From IMG/VR virus record IMGVR_UViG_3300030430_004473, positions 11,828 through 75,827 of that record: 64,000 bases of DNA; one strand, written 5' to 3'. Positions within the stretch are counted from its first letter, which is position 1, and the number at the start of each line of letters is the position of its first letter. The translations under genes were made by a program, and so were the position numbers. Shown in pieces: positions 57,643-64,000 of this stretch. Origin of the DNA: a virus. Below the pieces are notes generated by a model. It was not told where the DNA came from. It ran no database searches and was given only the letters and a program-made list of their open reading frames with translations.

Positions 57643-57921
57643 GAATACAAAAAGCATTATTATGCTAAGCTCACCACATCACAAAAAAACGACCTCCTTC
57701 TTTGGAGGTTGTTCTAGTTTTGTATGAAAAAATTGTATCAGCTGAAAAAAAAGATCACGATCTCGATCTTTTTCGATCAGCAACCAGGCCGTTATATCCG
57801 CAGTGCAAAATATTTATTGAAAAAAAATGAAATTATTTTGAAAAAAAACACTTTGAACTATTTACATCTAACGTAATATGTATTAGAATATATATATAAG
57901 CAATCAACAACGGAGATTCAA

Positions 57922-58110
57922 ATGAGATATCAATCAGTAGAAATCACAACAGAGAATGGAACCATTATCGCTATCTCTAGCGAAAGAAAGGTAGCTATGG
58001 AAATCATCAACGAAAAAGGCCTTGTACCTGTTCAAGAAATGCTATGCCCTCTCTTTGATGATGAGTGCGAACCAACCGGTGAATCTGTTCTAGTTATCAC
58101 TGTTCAATAA
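57922..58110 (+). CDS. small acidic protein
   Basis: AACAACGGAG leader. Confidence 0.7.
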   Translation: MRYQSVEITTENGTIIAISSERKVAMEIINEKGLVPVQEMLCPLFDDECEPTGESVLVITVQ

Positions 58111-58138
58111 TCTAACTCTATAACCTTCGGAGGTTCTT

Positions 58139-58390
58139 ATGTCTTTCTTCTCTTCTCTTCTTAATCTTTCTCTTTCTCCTCGTGCTAGAGGTTTCATTGT
58201 AGATATAGCTCTATATTTGGAAGCTGGTGAAGATTTCAAAGCTTTTCAAGTAGTAGACGCTTGTACTACTATGTCTTTGAAAAAGACAATGAATGAGCTT
58301 AAGGCTCATCTGGATAGTCGTGCTCTATCTTTAGAGCAAATCAATGATATTCAGTATATCTATAAGTTTGTATTGACTTGTATCAAATAG
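58139..58390 (+). CDS. hypothetical protein
   Basis: CGGAGG RBS within a short hairpin. Confidence 0.65.
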   Translation: MSFFSSLLNLSLSPRARGFIVDIALYLEAGEDFKAFQVVDACTTMSLKKTMNELKAHLDSRALSLEQINDIQYIYKFVLTCIK

Positions 58391-58400
58391 GGCCCTATCC

Positions 58401-58769
58401 CTACAATCTCAAGTATAACTCTTGCGGTATTACTGCAACAAGGCCGGATATTGGTTTATTGAGAAACATGCTGGCCTTTGCATTGAACCGCTCGGATGAT
58501 TCACTATATAATATCAAGTAATCATCTAGCTCATTGTAGCCCAAAATACGCCATGTTTCAATGAATTCGGTTAGCTGTGGTATATTGTTATTCAATGCGT
58601 TAACTCGTGCCATTTCAAGTATTTGAACAACTGTATCAGCGTCTAGAAGCTCTTCCTGTATTTCATGATCATCATCTATAAGATCTAGTATTTGATTCTT
58701 ATGATATACCTTGTGAAGTAAAAATTTATCTTGAATAAACAAAACCGGAATTGGATAATTATCTGTCAT
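58401..58769 (-). CDS. hypothetical protein
   Basis: 122-aa ORF divergent from 58852; ends FNAKAS....I.G.V.V. Confidence 0.6.
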   Translation of the reverse strand: MTDNYPIPVLFIQDKFLLHKVYHKNQILDLIDDDHEIQEELLDADTVVQILEMARVNALNNNIPQLTEFIETWRILGYNELDDYLILYSESSERFNAKASMFLNKPISGLVAVIPQELYLRL

Positions 58770-58851
58770 AAGAAACCTGAAATTAATTAAAAAAAACTTG
58801 ACGATCTATAATACAAAATGATATAAGTACTTATAACCAACGGAGAAAAAA

Positions 58852-59253
58852 TTGCATAATGAATATTGGAATTGTTACACTGTAAATGTACCAACGGAAG
58901 CTGTTGGTATCTGGTCAAAGTATATAGAGCTTGGCGACCGGTTGAAGAAGTATAAAAAGACTGGAGGCCTTAGCAAATCATTTGAGGCCACTAAGGCCGG
59001 ATTTATGACTATTTATTTTGTAGAAGTTATAGAAGTCACTCCTATGAACATCAAGATCAAATTCGATTTTGATAAACATGGAATAAAGAAAGAATACTGG
59101 ATCAGCACTTCGGACTTTACAAGATATAAGAAAGACGATCAAGGCGTTTCATATATCGTCATACACCGTCAATATGGTCAACGAATGTTCTGGGGCTATG
59201 CAGAAGGTGGAGCCTGGTTATATCCTTCAGAATGGGGCGTTATAGGATTCTAA
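58852..59253 (+). CDS. hypothetical protein (TTG start)
   Basis: CAACGGAG leader; operator at 58809-58825. Confidence 0.65.
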   Translation: MHNEYWNCYTVNVPTEAVGIWSKYIELGDRLKKYKKTGGLSKSFEATKAGFMTIYFVEVIEVTPMNIKIKFDFDKHGIKKEYWISTSDFTRYKKDDQGVSYIVIHRQYGQRMFWGYAEGGAWLYPSEWGVIGF

Positions 59254-59284
59254 ATATTTAATTTAACAACAATAGGAGATTAAC

Positions 59285-59836
59285 ATGTATTCATGCATAT
59301 TATTTAATATTCAAAACTCGACAGTGAGCAAAAAATGTTCAGTTCTAGATCTAGAAGCTGGAAAAAATTCAATCAAAGTAAGAAGAGCTATATATTTGAA
59401 ACTCGAAGCTCTTCATGCGGTCCAGCTACAGAAAAGTTCAATGCTATTTGTATTCAATGATAAATATAAAGATCAAATCATAGAAGTAGCTCAATCTATC
59501 AAAAATCAAGGTGGTGAAGTTTGTATATTTAAGGTATCTGATGAGCTAGGTTGTATAGAAAAGATAGTAGAATCAGGATATCAGGCCGATCATGATCTTT
59601 TCAAGTCTGTACTTGATAAAGCTGCAAATCAGAAAAGAAAGAATAAAGCAGAGGCCCAACTTCAGAATATACTAGATAAATGGTTGGCCTTTCTAAATTT
59701 CTATAGTCCTATTCAAAGAAAGAACATGCAGATCTTAATTGATCGTATGTTATTACTAGGTTTGACAAATGTAGAAGTATCAGAACAATTTATCAGTGTA
59801 ACATTACCGGAAATAGATCATGACATCACTCAATGA
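59285..59836 (+). CDS. hypothetical protein
   Basis: AGGAG RBS. Confidence 0.7.
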   Translation: MYSCILFNIQNSTVSKKCSVLDLEAGKNSIKVRRAIYLKLEALHAVQLQKSSMLFVFNDKYKDQIIEVAQSIKNQGGEVCIFKVSDELGCIEKIVESGYQADHDLFKSVLDKAANQKRKNKAEAQLQNILDKWLAFLNFYSPIQRKNMQILIDRMLLLGLTNVEVSEQFISVTLPEIDHDITQ

Positions 59837-60296
59837 ACAAATGATAGACATAGCCAAAACGCTATATTTACAGACTCGATATGCTCAAGCTAGTCTAGTT
59901 ATAGAAGATCGAATATCCGTTAGCGAAATGAGACAAATAAGCTTTGAGTTTCGGGTTCTGGATGAAGATAAATGGATAGTAAAAGACTGGGAACCGGTTG
60001 GAGATATTCATGATATGAAATTAAAAGATTCAATGACAGATTCGCTCAAAACAACTTCACAGGGCATTTTTTTGATTGGGGTTAGTGAAGGTCACTTGAT
60101 AGGTCTGTTATTTGCTACGGAAGGCGTTATAGCTGATTACAGAAGTAGTTTGGAAAACAACATAATCAGTTTTGAATCATATAGTAGTATGGAAGCTTGT
60201 ATGGATGAAGCTCCAGGCCGGTGGTCCGTTCGTACTGGTGAACCTTTGCACAAGCCGATCAAGTGGGATCAGCTCATGAAGTGTGATCATCAATAA
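59820..60296 (+). CDS. hypothetical protein
   Basis: Operonic overlap with the upstream gene. Confidence 0.65.
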   Translation: MTSLNEQMIDIAKTLYLQTRYAQASLVIEDRISVSEMRQISFEFRVLDEDKWIVKDWEPVGDIHDMKLKDSMTDSLKTTSQGIFLIGVSEGHLIGLLFATEGVIADYRSSLENNIISFESYSSMEACMDEAPGRWSVRTGEPLHKPIKWDQLMKCDHQ

Positions 60297-60469
60297 AAAA
60301 ATAAATTTATTTTGAAAAAAGTAGATCGTCTATATTGTTGTATATGACGGCCTATTTTCGTATTGCCAAAAATAAATATGAAAATAATACAGCAATTCGT
60401 ATAAATAACACTTGCATATTACACAGAATGTATTAAGATATATATATAACAACAACAACGGAGAATGTT

Positions 60470-60604
60470 ATGGATTATCAAGCACTAGAAAACGCAGAAG
60501 CTCAAGAAACCTTTGAAAAGGAAAATGGCACCTTTGACAAGGGAGAAGGAAATCAAGAAGTTCCTACTGATGAAGAAGGAAATGAAATTGAGGTACCTTT
60601 CTAA
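60470..60604 (+). CDS. 44-aa acidic microprotein ending EIEVPF (SSB-tail-like)
   Basis: AACAACAACGGAG leader; promoter TTGCAT-16-TAAGAT with operator at 60419-60435. Confidence 0.65.
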   Translation: MDYQALENAEAQETFEKENGTFDKGEGNQEVPTDEEGNEIEVPF

Positions 60605-60662
60605 TAGGTACTTCAATAAAGCCAAAATAATACATAATACTTTAATATAAACGGAGAAAATT

Positions 60663-60863
60663 ATGACTATCGAACAAGTAAAGAAAGAGCTAGATAAGAA
60701 ACTAGTAGAGCTAGAAGAAGCTTCTAGTATAGTGGTCAATGCTAGTCATTGGCGAGAAAAGAAAGCAGGCATGATCGTGTTTGAACGAGTTCATGCAGAA
60801 GTCGAAACATTAAATAAGAAATTAAATTCACTCAAAACAGTAGCTAGATTCACAAGGAGATAA
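60663..60863 (+). CDS. small coiled-coil protein
   Basis: AACGGAG leader. Confidence 0.7.
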   Translation: MTIEQVKKELDKKLVELEEASSIVVNASHWREKKAGMIVFERVHAEVETLNKKLNSLKTVARFTRR

Positions 60864-60865
60864 TC

Positions 60866-61045
60866 ATGCCAAAAGACAACAACAATCGAACAAAAAGCAT
60901 TTCTGTAGCTCAATTCAGAAAAGAAATAAAGAATCAATTGACTATGATCCGAAACTGCAAAAATGTAGCTCAAGCTACGATTGCAATAAGAAAAGTAGAT
61001 AAGAAGCTCGAAGAGCTAGCAAAATATCAAATAGAAAAAGAATAA
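60866..61045 (+). CDS. 59-aa basic microprotein
   Basis: AAGGAG RBS; open frame MPKDNN...EKE. Confidence 0.55.
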   Translation: MPKDNNNRTKSISVAQFRKEIKNQLTMIRNCKNVAQATIAIRKVDKKLEELAKYQIEKE

Positions 61046-61129
61046 GAGAAAACGTGCAGTTCGAAAGCTGCACGCCAGATGAGGAATCTTGAAACCCGCA
61101 CGGTCAATTATTATACCATAGGAAAAGTC

Positions 61130-61438
61130 ATGAATATAAGAAACGCAATTTTACTTCTTCCGAAATTAGATTGGAGCTATCTTGAAAAAGCTCAATCGCT
61201 AACAGACTATCTAGATCATTTGGCGAGGTTAGATTTTAAGCTTCAACATAAAGCCAAAATAAGCAACCGGACCAGATATGTTTTGAGACGTCAATCAGGT
61301 AATGACGATCATGTCATTCGGATAGAGAGCTGGCCTGTTTCACAAATAGATAGAAAACAATTTGATATCGTTGCAACGATACACACAAAGAATCAATATA
61401 TAAAACTCTTAATAAATGAAGGAAAAAAATTATGTTAG
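61130..61438 (+). CDS. hypothetical protein
   Basis: AGGA RBS before MNIRNA (the ORF track starts at 61079). Confidence 0.6.
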   Translation: MNIRNAILLLPKLDWSYLEKAQSLTDYLDHLARLDFKLQHKAKISNRTRYVLRRQSGNDDHVIRIESWPVSQIDRKQFDIVATIHTKNQYIKLLINEGKKLC

Positions 61439-61692
61439 ATCTAACGTCAATCTATTCACTAAATAAAAAACAAGCTACCGGACTTCAGATCGTAGAAGTA
61501 GAAAGTTGGACCGAGGGAAGCTCTATAAAACTACTATCAGAAGCTCAGATAACGTCTTTACAAGTAGATCCTATGATTACTATGATTAAGGTTATAGGAC
61601 ATGTCGTTTGGGAAAAAAAGAAGTATATTCAAGCTTATACACTTCCTGAATATAATAAGATCAAAGAATATTTATCAAGTAGGTATCAATAA
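61432..61692 (+). CDS. hypothetical protein
   Basis: Operonic. Confidence 0.6.
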   Translation: MLDLTSIYSLNKKQATGLQIVEVESWTEGSSIKLLSEAQITSLQVDPMITMIKVIGHVVWEKKKYIQAYTLPEYNKIKEYLSSRYQ

Positions 61693-62018
61693 TGAATAAA
61701 CGAATAGAATATATCATTGACGGCCAGGCCGGTGATCATCTGTCTAAACAGACGTTTGAAGCTTTGAAACAGACTATCGAGGAAATATATAAGAAAGAGC
61801 AGGATATAATTCCTGTCATTCATCAGCTGAAACAAAACGGTTTCACTTTGGAAAAGGTGATCATCAATCATCATCAAGAAACTTCTTATCATCTAGTTCG
61901 GATAACTCATTTTTCATGGAGCTTGGAGGCTACTGTAAAGATCATTATTAAAGACCTACCAGCTGCAACTTGTAGAATTGCGATCAAATATGCGCAACAA
62001 ATTGGTTATCATATATAA
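61692..62018 (+). CDS. hypothetical protein
   Basis: Operonic; LPAATCRIAI resembles the C-terminus of small phage ABA-sandwich-type proteins. Confidence 0.6.
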   Translation: MNKRIEYIIDGQAGDHLSKQTFEALKQTIEEIYKKEQDIIPVIHQLKQNGFTLEKVIINHHQETSYHLVRITHFSWSLEATVKIIIKDLPAATCRIAIKYAQQIGYHI

Positions 62019-62179
62019 ATATTGATTTATTTTGATTTTTTTTCAGTATTTTCGAGGCCGTCTATAGCGATATAATATAGTATGTCTTAAATATTTTTTG
62101 AAATAAATACATTTTTTCTTGCAATTATCAGAATACTCTATATACTAATAATATAACAACGAACCAACGGAGAAAAGTT

Positions 62180-62674
62180 ATGTTAGTATCAATCATTACA
62201 AAAAATTCAAAATCAGAAACAATCGCAGTATTGTTAGATCTTTCAAAGTCATTTGCTGATCTTAAAGCTGAAAATCTTGAAATCGTTGAATCTTTAAAAG
62301 ATTCTTTGATCGGCAAAACTGATAGTATTTCAAATGTTGAAGTATCTGAGCAAGACGCTCAAGCTGCTATTGACAGTGTTCTTCATCCTGCTCCTAGCAA
62401 AAGAGCACCGCTAGTATTCAACCCTACTTCTGTTGCTGGTATTCCAGCTTTGGAAAGAAACGGATCGGTTTATATCGCTGGTGTATCAGTAGAGAAAACA
62501 GTAAAGATCACAACAGTAGAAAGTACTTCCAAAAAAAGAGGATCTAGAAATGGTTTAACACTTGCAAAGAAATTGTTAGGCTACAAACTACCAACATCAG
62601 CTTGGAGACAAGTAAAGCTATCAGAAGACGCTCAAATCGAATTGGGTCGTGACTTGTTCGATAGTGTGAAATAA
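62180..62674 (+). CDS. hypothetical early-type protein
   Basis: CCAACGGAG leader, promoter TTGCAA-16-TATACT, terminator at about 62699-62731. Confidence 0.8.
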   Translation: MLVSIITKNSKSETIAVLLDLSKSFADLKAENLEIVESLKDSLIGKTDSISNVEVSEQDAQAAIDSVLHPAPSKRAPLVFNPTSVAGIPALERNGSVYIAGVSVEKTVKITTVESTSKKRGSRNGLTLAKKLLGYKLPTSAWRQVKLSEDAQIELGRDLFDSVK

Positions 62675-62883
62675 TCACTATCAATCAATCAATCATCAGA
62701 AAGGGGCCACGTTGCTCCTTTCATTCTTTTTGTATGTATTGATATCGGCCTGGTCCGAGAATACAAACAGCTTGAGATATGGATGATTGTATTTATTTTC
62801 AATAATAATGAAATAAATTTAAAAAAAGTATTGACAAATATATAATGCATTATGTATAATAAATTTAACAACGGGAGTTCAAC

Positions 62884-63033
62884 ATGAAAAAGAAATATTA
62901 CTTGATTGGTTCGGAATTGTTTTTTGGTACTGCCAAAAAAGCTCAACAGAGAAACCGAGAGCTTGGATCGGTTGGTATCAGAAAGATAGTCAATAAGCGA
63001 GAATTAAAAACACTTATTGAAGAAGCTGCATAA
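62884..63033 (+). CDS. 49-aa basic microprotein
   Basis: Promoter TTGACA-18-TATAAT at 62831; AACGGGAG RBS. Confidence 0.6.
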   Translation: MKKKYYLIGSELFFGTAKKAQQRNRELGSVGIRKIVNKRELKTLIEEAA

Positions 63034-63129
63034 AAAAAAGAAACAATTTAAAAAAAAATAAAAAAGATTACACAATCTGTATTATTTATGATAGAATAGA
63101 TTATAACTAATAAACAACGGAGAAAAGTT

Positions 63130-63450
63130 ATGAATAGCGAACAACAAAATAAAATCATTACAATCATCCAAAATAATGAAGCAGCTCGCAAAGGTCAAGG
63201 AAGTAAATTGATCTTCAGAGCTGAACAGATTTTGGAAGCTCTTCGTGGTTCTGGTGCTAGTATCTCGACCAAAGGAGGAAACTATCAAACCACCATGCAA
63301 GGTTCAAACGGTGAGATATATGCCGTTTCACTTTGGAAAAGCGGAAAAGTATCTTGTGGGTGCCAATTTTTTCGTACCAACGATCAACGTCAATCAATAG
63401 GGTGTAAACACACTATCGCCCTTTGCAAAGCGCTCGAACCTCTTTCATAG
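63130..63450 (+). CDS. SWIM zinc-finger protein
   Basis: YAVSL......SCGC...........GCKHTIAL. Confidence 0.75.
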   Translation: MNSEQQNKIITIIQNNEAARKGQGSKLIFRAEQILEALRGSGASISTKGGNYQTTMQGSNGEIYAVSLWKSGKVSCGCQFFRTNDQRQSIGCKHTIALCKALEPLS

Positions 63451-63498
63451 GGGTTTGGGTTAGCTGCTGATCAAATCATCAAGATAGGCCGGCCTGGC

Positions 63499-63804
63499 CT
63501 ATTCTTCTTTTTGTTCGGACCACTTCCGAGCTATATCTTGACATTTCATGCAAGGTTCAAATATTCTGGCAACGATTGAACAGTGACCGCTATAATGATG
63601 AATTAGCATTTTGGTACAACAATCATAATTAATAGATTCTTCAACAAATAATCTTTTATGATCATCAGCTCCGATAATAATAACTATTCTTTCAAGCTGA
63701 TATTTATCTCTATTCAAGCTTATATCTTCTATCAATACATTCTCTTTATTCAGAAGCTGCACGGCCAGGCCTAGTGCTTTCTGGGCTTTCATTCTTTGAT
63801 TCAT
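63499..63804 (-). CDS. hypothetical protein
   Basis: AAGGA RBS; convergent with the SWIM gene. Confidence 0.6.
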   Translation of the reverse strand: MNQRMKAQKALGLAVQLLNKENVLIEDISLNRDKYQLERIVIIIGADDHKRLFVEESINYDCCTKMLIHHYSGHCSIVARIFEPCMKCQDIARKWSEQKEE

Positions 63805-64000
63805 GCTATTTCCTTGTTAAGGATTGTTTATTCATTCTTATATATAGCTGAAGTTCTTTATATATTTCTTTTAAGTTTGGTATATTTGGATCTGGTTCTA
63901 TTCTCTTTGTTGTGAAGAGAGCCAACTGTTGAGCTGCTATATTTGGCTTTTCAAGCTCGTATAACTGGCCTTTGATATATTCCAAACAGTTTTCAACTTC

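Noticed and set aside
54240-63130. Recurrent promoter/leader sequences as a CRISPR array or integron-like att repeats
   Set aside because: The repeats are degenerate, irregularly spaced and separated by whole genes, and no cas operon or integrase is present.
1-64000. Stop-codon reassignment / alternative genetic code
   Set aside because: Long genes are intact in the standard code, and TAA, TAG and TGA all end genes at sensible, often overlapping, boundaries.
1-64000. Bacteroidota host suggested by low GC
   Set aside because: Promoters are TTGACA/TATAAT type and genes carry GGAG Shine-Dalgarno sites, unlike Bacteroidota signals. The host cannot be assigned from this window.

Overview
AT-rich (about 33% GC by eye) segment of a large tailed dsDNA phage genome with a siphovirus-like tail. 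No host-chromosome genes, rRNA, tRNA, CRISPR array or IS element were seen. Layout: (1) 1-10.8 kb, a mixed region with the 3' end of a C5 DNA methyltransferase, an HNH nuclease, a GREB1/TAGT-type DNA glycosyltransferase, two class I methyltransferases, a head-closure-like gene, a holin-like pair and an inverted dpdA-like/queC/queE operon. (2) 10.9-38 kb, tail morphogenesis: a 925-aa multi-GT2 glycosyltransferase, neck, terminator, tail tube, G/GT chaperone with a -1 frameshift, 1727-aa tape measure, tail-tip and fibre genes, interrupted by cassettes of small genes. (3) 38-52.4 kb, regulators, five more DNA methyltransferases, a PAPS-reductase-family protein, a nuclease/ATPase/SSB/RuvC module, a primase-helicase and queD. 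(4) 52.5-53.7 kb, a terminase-small-subunit-like gene. (5) 54-64 kb, an early-type region of strong sigma70 promoters and microproteins. The main unexplained signals are: (a) a predicted ~110-nt sRNA at 44971-45079 whose hairpin loop (CUCCGUUGUU) is antisense to a conserved AACGGAG leader found before 21 mostly early-type genes, which could act as a class-specific translational off-switch; (b) beta-clamp-binding-like QxxLF motifs on most DNA-modifying enzymes, suggesting replisome-tethered modification; (c) strong over-representation of AGCT, GATC, GGCC, CCGG and CCAGGCC; (d) a genome-wide 17-bp operator (TAATAC-N5-GTRTTA) in promoter spacers; (e) unannotated microproteins resembling ArfA/BrfA, the UvrD/PcrA Tudor domain and the SSB C-terminal tail. 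All family calls come from motif recognition by eye and all counts are hand counts.
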